DNA of 64,000 nt from Tagaea sp. Lineage in GTDB: Bacteria > Pseudomonadota > Alphaproteobacteria > CACIAM-22H2. The stretch covers positions 768,001 to 832,000 of the forward strand of contig CBDIIB010000005.1 of assembly GCA_965279525.1 (NCBI GenBank), in the 5' to 3' direction. The position numbers were made by a program, and so were the translations under genes. Below the pieces are notes generated by a model. The model was given only the letters and a program-made list of their open reading frames with translations. It ran no database searches and was not told the DNA's origin. Below are positions 8,657-17,919 of the stretch, piece by piece (the first letter of the stretch is position 1; each line of letters begins with the position of its first letter).

Positions 8657-9706
8657 ATGCCGAAATTTTCCGACATCACCAAGACGATCGGCCGCACGCC
8701 GGTCGTGCGCCTGAACAAGTTCGTTCCGCCGGACGTCCGGCTCTACGCCAAGATCGAAGCCTTCAATCCGATGGGCTCGGTCAAGGACCGCCTCGCCCTC
8801 GCCGTGATCGAGGAAGCCGAACGCACCGGCGCGCTCAAGCCCGGCCAGACCGTGATCGAGGCGACCAGCGGCAATACCGGCATCGGGCTTGCGATGGTCT
8901 GCGCGCAGCGCGGCTATCCGCTGGTCGTCACGATGGCGGAGAGCTTCAGCGTCGAGCGGCGCAAGCTGATGCGCTTCCTCGGCGCCAAGGTCGTGTTGAC
9001 GCCCGCCGCCCAGCGCGGCAGCGGCATGCTCGCCAAGGCGATCGAACTCGCCAAGAAGCACGGCTGGTTCCTGACCCGCCAGTTCGAGAACGAGGCGAAC
9101 GCCGACGCCCACACGCGCACCACCGCGCGCGAGATCGTCGACGATTTCGCCGGCGAACGGCTGGACTGGTGGGTGACCGGCTTCGGCACCGGCGGCACGC
9201 TCAAGGGCGTGGCCCGCGTGCTGCGCGCCGAACGGCCGGACACGAAGATCGCCGTGTGCGAGCCCGAGAACGCGCAGATGCTGGCCAGCGGAGTCGCCCA
9301 GACGCCGAATGCCGACGGCACCTATGCCGCCTCGCACCCTTCCTTCAACCCGCACCCGATGCAGGGCTGGACGCCGGACTTCATCCCGAAGCTGACGGCC
9401 GACGCCGTCACGGCCGGCTATTTCGACCGCATCGTGCCGGTCGCCGGGCCCAAGGCGATCGAAGCCGCGCGTGCGCTCGCCGTGAAGGAAGGCATCTTCG
9501 TGGGCATCAGCAGCGGCGCCACGCTCGCGGGCGCCATCGACATCTGCAAGGGCGCACCGGCGGGCACGACGGTGCTGTGCATGCTGCCGGACACGGGCGA
9601 GCGCTATCTGAGCACGCCGCTGTTCGCCGACATGCAGGCCGACATGGACGCGGCGGAAGCGGAGATCTCGCTCTCGACGCCGAACTTCCGTCTGGACGCG
9701 AAGTAG
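8657..9706 (+). CDS. cysK: Cysteine synthase A (O-acetylserine sulfhydrylase family)
   Basis: NPMGSVKDR PLP lysine, EATSGNTGIG, GTGGT, GISSGA, PDTGERYLST. Confidence 0.93.
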   Translation: MPKFSDITKTIGRTPVVRLNKFVPPDVRLYAKIEAFNPMGSVKDRLALAVIEEAERTGALKPGQTVIEATSGNTGIGLAMVCAQRGYPLVVTMAESFSVERRKLMRFLGAKVVLTPAAQRGSGMLAKAIELAKKHGWFLTRQFENEANADAHTRTTAREIVDDFAGERLDWWVTGFGTGGTLKGVARVLRAERPDTKIAVCEPENAQMLASGVAQTPNADGTYAASHPSFNPHPMQGWTPDFIPKLTADAVTAGYFDRIVPVAGPKAIEAARALAVKEGIFVGISSGATLAGAIDICKGAPAGTTVLCMLPDTGERYLSTPLFADMQADMDAAEAEISLSTPNFRLDAK

Positions 9707-9716
9707 TTCCGTCGCA

Positions 9717-9744
9717 CCGGGGCCGTGGCACGCCACGGCCCCGG
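9717..9744. other. Perfect intergenic hairpin without a U-tract between the cysK paralogs
   Basis: CCGGGGCCGTGGC-AC-GCCACGGCCCCGG. Confidence 0.7.
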
Positions 9745-9770
9745 CCCTCCAGCCACGGAGTGAAACGCCA

Positions 9771-11246
9771 ATGCCCAGATATTCCGACATCACGCGGACC
9801 ATCGGCCGCACGCCCGTCGTGCGCCTGTCGAAACTCGAACCCGCGCATGTCGAACTCTACGCGAAGATCGAAGCCTTCAACCCGATGGGGTCGGTCAAGG
9901 ACCGGCTGGCGATCGCGGCGATCGAAGACGCGGAGCGCACCGGCGCGCTCAAGCCCGGCCAGACCGTGATCGAGGCGACCAGCGGCAATACCGGCATCGG
10001 GCTTGCGATGGTCTGCGCGCGGCGCGGCTACCCGCTCGTCATCGTGATGGCGGAGAATTTCAGTGTCGAGCGGCGCAAGCTGATGCGCTTCCTCGGCGCG
10101 AAGGTGGTGCTGACCCCCGCCGCCGAACGCGGCAGCGGCATGCTTGCCAAGGCAGTCGAGCTTGCCGGGAAGCACGGCTGGTTCCTGACCCGCCAGTTCG
10201 AGAACGAGTCCAACGCCGACGCCCATTCGCGCACCACGGCGCGCGAGATCATCGACGATTTCGCCGGCGAACGGCTGGACTGGTGGGTGACCGGCTTCGG
10301 CACCGGCGGCACGCTCAAGGGCGTGGGCCGCGTGCTGCGCGCCGAACGGCCCGACACGAAGATCGCCGTGTGCGAGCCGGACAATTCCCCGCTGCTGGGC
10401 AGCGGCCTTGACCAGAAGCTCGACGCCGACGGCGCCCACCCCGCCTTCCGCCCGCATCTGATGCAAGGCTGGAGCCCGGACTTCATCTCGAAGCTGGCGG
10501 CCGACGCGGTCGCGGCCGGCTATGTCGACCGCATCGCACCCATCCCCGGCAAGCGGGCCCTGGACGTCACGCGCGAGCTTGCGACCAAGGAAGGCATTTT
10601 CGCCGGCATCACCGGCGGCGCCACGCTGGCCGGTGCCCTCGACATCTGCCGGAGTGCGCCGGCGGGAAGCAGCGTGCTGTGCATGCTGCCGGACACCGGC
10701 GAGCGCTATCTCAGCACGCCGCTGTTCGCCGACATGCAGGCCGACATGGACGCCGAGGAAACGGAAATCTCGCGCTCGACGGCGAACTACCGCTTCGACG
10801 TGCGCCCGGCACCCGCCAGGCCCGCGGCACCCGCGCCGCAGGTTCCGGTCACGGCCGACGCGACTTCCTTCGTCGAGAACGTGCTGGGCGACGCCAGCCG
10901 GCCCGTCGTCATGTTCGCGCTGGAATGGTGCGAATTCTGCTGGGTCGCGCGCAAGCTGCTCGCGCGCATCGGCGTCGACTACCGCTCGGTCGATCTCGAC
11001 TCGGTCGAATTCCAGAAGGACGACCGCGGCGGCGACATCCGCCGCGCGCTGATCGCGAAGACCGGCATGAAGACCATTCCGCAGATCTTCATCGGCGGAA
11101 AGCTTGTCGGCGGCAGCACCGATCTGCTCGACGCCTGGAAGCAGGGAAAGGCGCAGGCGATGCTGAAGGAATCGTCCGTCGCGTTCGACACGCCCGCCGG
11201 CCTCGACCCCGATTCATTCCTGCCCGGCTGGCTGCAGGCCCGCTGA
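9771..11246 (+). CDS. cysK: Cysteine synthase with fused C-terminal glutaredoxin domain
   Basis: Full CysK domain, Pro/Ala linker, then WCEFC, TIPQIFIGG, GGSTD glutaredoxin motifs. Confidence 0.9.
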   Translation: MPRYSDITRTIGRTPVVRLSKLEPAHVELYAKIEAFNPMGSVKDRLAIAAIEDAERTGALKPGQTVIEATSGNTGIGLAMVCARRGYPLVIVMAENFSVERRKLMRFLGAKVVLTPAAERGSGMLAKAVELAGKHGWFLTRQFENESNADAHSRTTAREIIDDFAGERLDWWVTGFGTGGTLKGVGRVLRAERPDTKIAVCEPDNSPLLGSGLDQKLDADGAHPAFRPHLMQGWSPDFISKLAADAVAAGYVDRIAPIPGKRALDVTRELATKEGIFAGITGGATLAGALDICRSAPAGSSVLCMLPDTGERYLSTPLFADMQADMDAEETEISRSTANYRFDVRPAPARPAAPAPQVPVTADATSFVENVLGDASRPVVMFALEWCEFCWVARKLLARIGVDYRSVDLDSVEFQKDDRGGDIRRALIAKTGMKTIPQIFIGGKLVGGSTDLLDAWKQGKAQAMLKESSVAFDTPAGLDPDSFLPGWLQAR

Positions 11247-11254
11247 AGGCGGCG

Positions 11255-12133
11255 TCAGGCGTCCGGCCAGCGGCGGTGCAGCCACAGCCACTGGCCGGGA
11301 CGCAGGCGCACCCAGCGTTCGATCTCGGCGTTGACGGCGCCAAGGACCGTCATCCGGTCGGCCGCCTCGTCGCCGGTCGCCGGCAGCGGGACCGGGCCGG
11401 TCAGCGTGATGCGGAAATAGGCGCCGCCCAGCCGTTCGAGCTGCGCGCCGATCACGATGCAGTCGTAGCGCAGCGCCAGCGTGGCGATGGCCGGCGCGGT
11501 CATCGCGTCGGCACCGAAGAAGGGCACGGCCACGCCGTCGTTCATCTTCTGGTCGAGCAGCATGCCCAGCCACTCGCCCTTCTTGAGCGCTTCCATGGCG
11601 AGCCTGGCGCCCTTGCGGCCCTTCGGGACCAGGCCCGCGACCGAGCGGCCGCGCCGGGCGCGCAGCAGCATCTCGACATAGCGGTTGTTGGCCTCGCGAT
11701 AGACCGCGTGCAACGGATGGCCGAAGCGCGTGGTCAGCATGGCGCCCAGTTCCCAGTTGGCCTGGTGCGCGCCGAAGAAGATGACCGGGCGGCCGCTTTC
11801 GGCCGCCGCGCGCACGATCTCGCCGCCGACGATCTCGACGCGGGGGGCCTCGCCGACCGAGCCGATGTCGTCCAGATGCGGATACTCGGCCGCGAGCCGG
11901 CCCAGATTGTCCCACATCTCCACGACCGCGGCCTCGATGCCGGCTTCGCCCAGCTCGGGCAGGAAGCGGCGCATGTTGCGCCGGGCGCGTTCGCTGAGGC
12001 GGATGCGCGGGCCGATCATGCGCCCGGCAAACCCGCCGATCGCGGACGCCACGTCGACCGGCAGGATCGCGAGCGACCAGTAGCAGATCAGGATGGCGCC
12101 GGCCTCGGCCGCATGACGGATGCGTCTCAGCAT
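11255..12133 (-). CDS. Lipid A lauroyl/myristoyl acyltransferase (LpxL/HtrB family)
   Basis: HQANWE, LLDQK, FFG, PGQWLWLHRRW; downstream of lpxK. Confidence 0.9.
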   Translation of the reverse strand: MLRRIRHAAEAGAILICYWSLAILPVDVASAIGGFAGRMIGPRIRLSERARRNMRRFLPELGEAGIEAAVVEMWDNLGRLAAEYPHLDDIGSVGEAPRVEIVGGEIVRAAAESGRPVIFFGAHQANWELGAMLTTRFGHPLHAVYREANNRYVEMLLRARRGRSVAGLVPKGRKGARLAMEALKKGEWLGMLLDQKMNDGVAVPFFGADAMTAPAIATLALRYDCIVIGAQLERLGGAYFRITLTGPVPLPATGDEAADRMTVLGAVNAEIERWVRLRPGQWLWLHRRWPDA

Positions 12134-13089
12134 CGGACCAGCCCCGTCTCGACGAGCTTTGCGAACGCGGCCGGATCGGCGAAGCGCAGCGTGACGTCGA
12201 GCGCGGAAATGTCCGCACGCGAAGCCGCAGGCAGGCGCACGAGATCCTTGCGCGTCGTCACGAGCCGCGCCCCCAGCTGCTTCGCATCGGCCCGCAGCGC
12301 CTCGATCTCGGCCGCCGAATAGGGATGGTGGTCGGCAAATTCGCGCGTCGCGGCGATTTCGGCCCCGACTGACTTCAGCGTGTCGAAGAACTTAGACGGC
12401 CGGCCGATGCCGGCGAAGGCGAGCACGCGCGCACCCGACAGGTCGTTCGGCTCGGGGACGAGATCGGCGCGAAGCACCGGCAGGCCCGTCGCCGCACCCG
12501 CGGCGAACCGGTCCTCGCCGATCACGACGCACGCCTTGGCGCGTGCCGCACCCGAAGCGACGGGTTCGCGCAGCGGTCCCGCCGGGAACACGTAGCCGTT
12601 GCCGAAACCCGCGGCCCCGTCGACGACGATCAGCGAACAGTCCTTGGCAAGACCGGGATTCTGGAAGCCGTCATCCATCACCAGCACGTCGGCACCGTCG
12701 GCGATCGCCTGGCGCGCACTTGCCACGCGGTCGGCGCCGACATGCACGTTCGCGATCTGCGCCAATAGCAGCGGTTCGTCGCCCACGCGCGCGGCATCGT
12801 GAAGGGCCGGATCGACGCGCAACGGCCCGCGCTCGGTCCCGCCATAGCCGCGGCTGAGGATCGCCGGCTTGCGGCCAAGCACCAGCAGCTCGGCCACGAG
12901 GGCCGCGACCGTCGGCGTCTTGCCGGCACCGCCGAGCGTGAGATTGCCGGCACAGAAGACCGGAACGGGTGCCCGCCACGGGCGCGCGAAACGGATGCGC
13001 GCGGCGACACCCAGCGCATGCACGGCACCCAGCGGCGCGAGCAGCGCGCCAAGCCCGTCGTCCTTCGTCCAGAATTCAGGGGCGCGCAT
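12127..13089 (-). CDS. lpxK: Tetraacyldisaccharide 4'-kinase
   Basis: MRAPEFW, GNLTLGGAGKTP, SRGYGG, MDDGFQN, PAGPLRE. Confidence 0.95.
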   Translation of the reverse strand: MRAPEFWTKDDGLGALLAPLGAVHALGVAARIRFARPWRAPVPVFCAGNLTLGGAGKTPTVAALVAELLVLGRKPAILSRGYGGTERGPLRVDPALHDAARVGDEPLLLAQIANVHVGADRVASARQAIADGADVLVMDDGFQNPGLAKDCSLIVVDGAAGFGNGYVFPAGPLREPVASGAARAKACVVIGEDRFAAGAATGLPVLRADLVPEPNDLSGARVLAFAGIGRPSKFFDTLKSVGAEIAATREFADHHPYSAAEIEALRADAKQLGARLVTTRKDLVRLPAASRADISALDVTLRFADPAAFAKLVETGLVRC

Positions 13090-14371
13090 CGCGAACCGCC
13101 TCCGGCCCCAGATGTGCCAGCACGGGACCCAGTGCCGCGACGACGCGCTCGACCGTGCCGGCACCGCGTGCCGCGAACGCGCGCGCCGCCGTGCCGTCCT
13201 TCGCGACGAGAGCCGGATCGGCGAGACGTGCGCTTGCCCATGCGCCAAGGGCGGCGGCATCGGCGACCGGCGTGGCCGCTTTCGCGGCGACGAGATCGGC
13301 CGCGAGCTCGGAGAAATTCTCCATCGACGGGCCGAACGCGATAGCGGCCCCCAGCCTTGCGGGCTCGAGCGGGTTATGCCCGCCATGCGGTTCGAGCGAA
13401 CCGCCGACGAACGCGACGGGGGCCGCGCGATAGAACAGGCCGAGCTCGCCCATCGTGTCGGCGATATGCACGTCCGAGCCGCCCGGCGCTTCGCCCGCCG
13501 CCCGGCGCGTGGCTGTCAGACCCTTGGCCGCGGCGGCCTCGGCCATCGCGGGCCCGCGCTCGGCATGGCGCGGCACGAGAACGAGCAAAGCGCCGCTGCC
13601 CGACGCCTTGACGCGCACCTGCGCATCGAGGACCGCGTCGAGTTCGACGGGATGGATCTGTGCCGCAAGCCAGCGCGCGCGCCCCTTGAGCGAAGCCTCG
13701 AAGGCCGCGAGTGCCGTCGCATCGGCGCCAAGTTCGGGCGCGTCGTGCTTGAGGTTGCCGATCGTGGCGACATGGGAAAGACCGAGGCCCTGCAGGCGTC
13801 CGGCATCGGCGGCACTCTGCGCCAGCGCCACGGCGAACGCCTCGAAGGGGGGTGCGAACACCGCTTTCGCCTTCGCCCAGCGCGCGGCCGAGCGTGCGGT
13901 CAGGCGCGCGTTGACGAGCGCGGCGGGAATCGCGCGCCGCGCGACCTCGCCCAGCAGGTTGGGCCACAGCTCGCTTTCCAGCCACAGCACCGCGTCGGGC
14001 CGCCAATGGTCGAGGAAACGGCGCACCCAGCGCGGCACGTCGAGCGGCACGTACTGGTGGAAGGTGCTGGATCCGTCAAGCGCCACAGCGAGCATCTCGG
14101 CCGAGCTGCGCGAGCCGGTCGTCACCAGCACGTGGAGATCGGGGCGCGTGGCGCGCAGGCGCGCGATCAGCGGCAGGATCGAGCGCGCTTCGCCCAGCGA
14201 CGCGCCATGCACCCACAAGAGCTTGCCCGACGGGCGCGGCCGGCCGGCAATACCCTTGCGCTCGCCGATGCGGGCAGGATCCTCGCGGCCGGCCGCACGC
14301 CGGCGCTTGAGCAGCAGGTTCAGTGCCGGCTCGGCCAGCATCGCAAGTCCGCGATAGAGTGCGCGCGTCAT
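13076..14371 (-). CDS. waaA: Kdo transferase
   Basis: WVHGASLGE, ESELWPN, PRHAER, DTMGEL, GGHNPLEPA. Confidence 0.95.
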   Translation of the reverse strand: MTRALYRGLAMLAEPALNLLLKRRRAAGREDPARIGERKGIAGRPRPSGKLLWVHGASLGEARSILPLIARLRATRPDLHVLVTTGSRSSAEMLAVALDGSSTFHQYVPLDVPRWVRRFLDHWRPDAVLWLESELWPNLLGEVARRAIPAALVNARLTARSAARWAKAKAVFAPPFEAFAVALAQSAADAGRLQGLGLSHVATIGNLKHDAPELGADATALAAFEASLKGRARWLAAQIHPVELDAVLDAQVRVKASGSGALLVLVPRHAERGPAMAEAAAAKGLTATRRAAGEAPGGSDVHIADTMGELGLFYRAAPVAFVGGSLEPHGGHNPLEPARLGAAIAFGPSMENFSELAADLVAAKAATPVADAAALGAWASARLADPALVAKDGTAARAFAARGAGTVERVVAALGPVLAHLGPEAVRDARP

Positions 14372-15033
14372 GCCGGTGCCATGCCGGCCATGCGGTCGGC
14401 CTGTTCGCAGATCGCGTCGAGGCGCGTCTCGATGTGGCGGGCGAACGCGTCGAGCTCGCTCCGGGCCGTGGGCGGCTCGACGACTTCCCAGATCATCGTC
14501 CCGCGTCCGAAAGGGAACGGCACGAGGAAGCGGTCCCACGAGCCCATGAATTTCCCGCGCGTCGAATAGGCCATCAGCACGACGGGCGCCTGGCCCTTCC
14601 ATGCCGCGATCGCGATGCCGGGGGCGGCCTTGCGCGCCGGGCCGCGCGGCCCGTCGGGCGTGACGCCGATGTTTATGCCGCGCTTCATCAGATCGAGCAT
14701 CTCGCGCAGGGCCGCCGCCGCCCCGCGGTTCGTCGAGCCGACGATGGCACCGATGCCGAAGCGCGCCACCGTCTTCGAGATCAGCCGCCCGTCGCGGCTC
14801 GCCGAGATCAGCATGTGGATCGGCGAGCGGCGCGCCCAGATCGGCGCCATCAGGAAGATGCGCTGGTGCCAGAAGCACACGATGCACGAGCGTCCGGCAC
14901 GCGCCAGCGCCTGCGGTCCGCCCTCGCCAAGGACGGTCCAGCGTGTCGTGCGGTGGACGAACCACATGTAGGCGGCCACCAGCCCGGCGATCAGGCTTAG
15001 GCCCCTGTCGGAGCGGAGGAATTTCTTGAGCAA
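14368..15033 (-). CDS. DUF374 lysophospholipid acyltransferase-like protein
   Basis: FWHQR, ISASRDG, TPDGPRGP, SWDRF..PFPF; typical position before waaA. Confidence 0.88.
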   Translation of the reverse strand: MLKKFLRSDRGLSLIAGLVAAYMWFVHRTTRWTVLGEGGPQALARAGRSCIVCFWHQRIFLMAPIWARRSPIHMLISASRDGRLISKTVARFGIGAIVGSTNRGAAAALREMLDLMKRGINIGVTPDGPRGPARKAAPGIAIAAWKGQAPVVLMAYSTRGKFMGSWDRFLVPFPFGRGTMIWEVVEPPTARSELDAFARHIETRLDAICEQADRMAGMAPA

Positions 15034-15200
15034 TTCCGGTCAGGACCGTTGGGAACGGGAGAATCGGGCGAAAGAACACGGTTCGTGGGTCGAGCGCAAG
15101 TGGGCCGGACTTCTTGCGGCCCGGCCCCGTTGTGCCGGCTCCTCCCGGCGTCCATAATTCGGCCGCGAATCGCATCCGATTCGCACGGCGGAGTGCGTGC

Positions 15201-15686
15201 TTGACCGACCGGCCCGATTTCAAGGAACCGAAACTCGCCGCGCTCTGGGACTACTGGGCGGCGCGGAAAGCTGCCCGGCGCTATCCCGACCGCGCCGATT
15301 TCGATCCCGTCGACATGCGCCCCTGGCTCGGCCACCTGATGCTGGTCGAGCTGGTCGAGGGGCGCTGGGTCTACCGGCTTTACGGCACCTATTTCGTCGA
15401 GACGTTCCGGCGCGAGATGACCGGCAAGGGCATCGACGAGCTGCCGGCCGAGCAGGCGCGCGTGCTGCAGGAAGAATACGACGCCGTGCGCGCGACCGGC
15501 GAGCCGGTCATGCGCACCTATTCGGCGCAGTTCGATTTCGGCACGCTCGACGGGCGGCAGAGCTGGCAGCTCGACCAGACATGGGAACGCGTGTCGTTCC
15601 CGCTGTCGGATGCCGCCGCAGGCCCCGGCGGCGACGTGCGCCTCGTGCTGGTCGGCGCCTATCTCGTGGGCGGCCGCGCGGCCTAG
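15201..15686 (+). CDS. PAS domain protein (PAS_5-like)
   Basis: LWDYW...PDRADFDP, YRLYGT, EMTGK; TTG start after GGAG is inferred. Confidence 0.75.
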   Translation: MTDRPDFKEPKLAALWDYWAARKAARRYPDRADFDPVDMRPWLGHLMLVELVEGRWVYRLYGTYFVETFRREMTGKGIDELPAEQARVLQEEYDAVRATGEPVMRTYSAQFDFGTLDGRQSWQLDQTWERVSFPLSDAAAGPGGDVRLVLVGAYLVGGRAA

Positions 15687-15719
15687 TCACAAACTCGGCA
15701 GGGTCACAAACTCGGCAGG
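15686..15719. repeat. Perfect 17-bp tandem duplication
   Basis: GTCACAAACTCGGCAGG twice (15686-15702, 15703-15719), spanning the DUF2325 gene stop. Confidence 0.9.
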
Positions 15720-16831
15720 ACGCGGGCGAGGCTCGTCATGCTCGCACTGCGCAGTGGCAGGAACGTGCGGCCCATCCGCCGGCAGGCGGCCTTCAGCTTC
15801 AGGCAAGCGCCGTGCGACACGCAGTCGATCGCGCAAACGACCGTGTCGGCCTGGGAGACCAGCCCGTCGATGGCGCCCAGGCTCTGCTCGATCCCGCCGT
15901 CATGGTGCAGGAAGGCGCCGCGATGGCGTTCGACCGCATCGCGCAGATGCGCCCGCTGGTTGGGCCGGCCGCCGACATAGAGCACCGTGCGGCCGGAAAG
16001 ATCGACCGGCACGCCGGCGGCCGCCGGCATCGCCCGCAACCCGTCGTCGGCATTCGGGAGGCCGTCGGATTCCTGCAGGCGTTCGAGCTGCGTCTCGGCG
16101 GCGCGCGCCCGCGCACGTTCGCTCGAAAGCTTGCGCTGCAGGGACGCGATCAGGCGTTCGGATTTCGCGTTGGCCGGCCGTATGCCGATTGCCGGTGCGG
16201 CCGGCATCGCGCGCCGCGCGAGCCGTGCTTCGAGTTGCGCGATCGTCGCGTCGCGCCGGGCAAGCGATTCGTGCATGTCGATGCGCGTGCGTTCCAGGCG
16301 CGCCTCGCTGTCGCGCAGGCGCAGCGTCAGCGCGTCGAGACGTGCGAGATCGGCGATCCGCGCCGAGCCGTTGAGGTGCGAGAGCATGTGCACGTCGCCG
16401 TAGATCTCGCCGGTCGTGGGCCCGTCGATCGCCGGATGCGTCATCAGCGCCCAGAAGGCCGGCGCGATGCGGCCCTTGGCGCGGCTGTCGCGCCAGTGCG
16501 CGAGAAGGGCCGCCGGACTGTCGAGTGCGCGCGTGCGCGCGATTTCGCCCGCGTGCAGTTTGTCGAGCAGCTTGCCCAGATGGCGCGAGAGCGGGCCCGG
16601 CTTGGCGCAGGACGACACGCAATAGACATGCAGCGAATAGTCGTCGGTTCCAGGTGCGATCGTCAGCCCGGCCTTGCGCACGACGCGGCGCAGGTCCTCG
16701 ATCGACAGGCACGTGCCGACGATCGCGCAATGCTGGCCCGGCCCCAGATCCCAGATCCGGTGGCGGGCACCACCCGCATTGGCTTCGGGCGCCACGACGG
16801 GCGGATCGCCAGGGCGCCACGCGGCACCCAT
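15704..16831 (-). CDS. DUF2325 domain protein (Cys/His-rich)
   Basis: HCAIVGTCL, FWALMTHP, GDVHMLSHL, LYVGGR, HHDGG, CAIDCVSHGAC. Confidence 0.85.
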   Translation of the reverse strand: MGAAWRPGDPPVVAPEANAGGARHRIWDLGPGQHCAIVGTCLSIEDLRRVVRKAGLTIAPGTDDYSLHVYCVSSCAKPGPLSRHLGKLLDKLHAGEIARTRALDSPAALLAHWRDSRAKGRIAPAFWALMTHPAIDGPTTGEIYGDVHMLSHLNGSARIADLARLDALTLRLRDSEARLERTRIDMHESLARRDATIAQLEARLARRAMPAAPAIGIRPANAKSERLIASLQRKLSSERARARAAETQLERLQESDGLPNADDGLRAMPAAAGVPVDLSGRTVLYVGGRPNQRAHLRDAVERHRGAFLHHDGGIEQSLGAIDGLVSQADTVVCAIDCVSHGACLKLKAACRRMGRTFLPLRSASMTSLARVLPSL

Positions 16832-16832
16832 G

Positions 16833-17027
16833 TCAGGAATCCCCGCTGCGCCGGCGCGTGCAGCCGCCCTGCGCGCGGCAGTCGATCAGGCTGCCGCCCA
16901 GCGCCAGCAGCACGAGCATCGCCACGCCGGCCGCGACACCCGCTTCGGTTATCCGCCCGTCGCGATGCCGCCGGCCCGCGAGGCGGGCCAGGAACAGCGA
17001 ACCGACGATTGCGATGAGTGAAAGCAT
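16833..17027 (-). CDS. Small two-helix membrane protein
   Basis: 64 aa with two hydrophobic stretches; stop lies 1 nt before the DUF2325 start. Confidence 0.5.
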   Translation of the reverse strand: MLSLIAIVGSLFLARLAGRRHRDGRITEAGVAAGVAMLVLLALGGSLIDCRAQGGCTRRRSGDS

Positions 17028-17065
17028 CCTGGGGGCAGGATTGCGGCTTGCCGGTCATCTGTCAA

Positions 17066-17084
17066 TGCAAATGATTCTCAATCG
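17066..17084 (-). promoter_or_regulatory. Fur-box-like iron regulatory site
   Basis: Minus strand reads GATTGAGAATCATTTGCA, about 40 nt upstream of the small ORF/DUF2325 unit. Confidence 0.7.
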
Positions 17085-17090
17085 CGATAT

Positions 17091-17906
17091 CTAGCGCGCG
17101 ATGAAATCGGCGATCGCGTCGACGGCTTCCCGCTCGATGCCGAAGAAGCCGTGCGCCGACAGCGCGTCGCACGGCTCGGATTCCGGCGGCAGGCCGCCGT
17201 CGACGATCCGCGATGCCGTGCGCCGCGATCCGGTGAAGCGGCGCACGAGTTCCGGGATGTCGCCGGGCGGCGTGCTCCAGCAGCCGTCGGCCGCGTGGCC
17301 AAGCACGAAGACCGGCACGCCCACCCGCGCAAGCGCGAAATCGCGGATGCCGCCGGGCTCGGGCAGCCAGTTGGGTCCGTTGCGGATCGGCCGCGTGATG
17401 CTCGAGGTCAGCACCAGCCCGTCGATGCCGGCCCCCAGCGACACCGCGGCGGCGGCGGCACTGACCGTGCCCATGCTCGTGCCGACGAGCCAGACCGGCA
17501 GCTTGTCGGGCCCGCGCAATGCCGCGACCGCGGCGGCCACGTCGGCGGCGTGCTCGGGCGAGCGGCGGAAGACGGCCGTCATCCCGCGCTCGCGCATCTC
17601 GTGGGGAACGTCGATGGCGCCGACGCGCAGGCCGCGGGCGGCGAAAAGCGCGCGCGCGCGCAGCAGGAAATTCCCGCGCGCGTAGCGTTCGCCCAGCGGC
17701 GTGGCGGAATTGGCCCACAGGCGGATGTTGCCTGGCCCGCCGTTGAACAGCAGGACCGCGGCGTGCGGCCGCGTTTCGGGTTCGACGACGAGCAGACGCA
17801 CGTCGATCCCCGGCCGGCCGGGGAATTCGTCGATGCGCTGCGTCTGGGCGTGCGCGGTCCCGGCCACGAGGACGAGGAAGACGGCGAGGAGCGCGCGCAT
17901 GGCCAT
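17091..17906 (-). CDS. Exported alpha/beta hydrolase
   Basis: Signal peptide; GTSMG nucleophile elbow; DGC and HGFFG motifs. Confidence 0.85.
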   Translation of the reverse strand: MAMRALLAVFLVLVAGTAHAQTQRIDEFPGRPGIDVRLLVVEPETRPHAAVLLFNGGPGNIRLWANSATPLGERYARGNFLLRARALFAARGLRVGAIDVPHEMRERGMTAVFRRSPEHAADVAAAVAALRGPDKLPVWLVGTSMGTVSAAAAAVSLGAGIDGLVLTSSITRPIRNGPNWLPEPGGIRDFALARVGVPVFVLGHAADGCWSTPPGDIPELVRRFTGSRRTASRIVDGGLPPESEPCDALSAHGFFGIEREAVDAIADFIAR

Positions 17907-17919
17907 CAGAACCCCGGCA

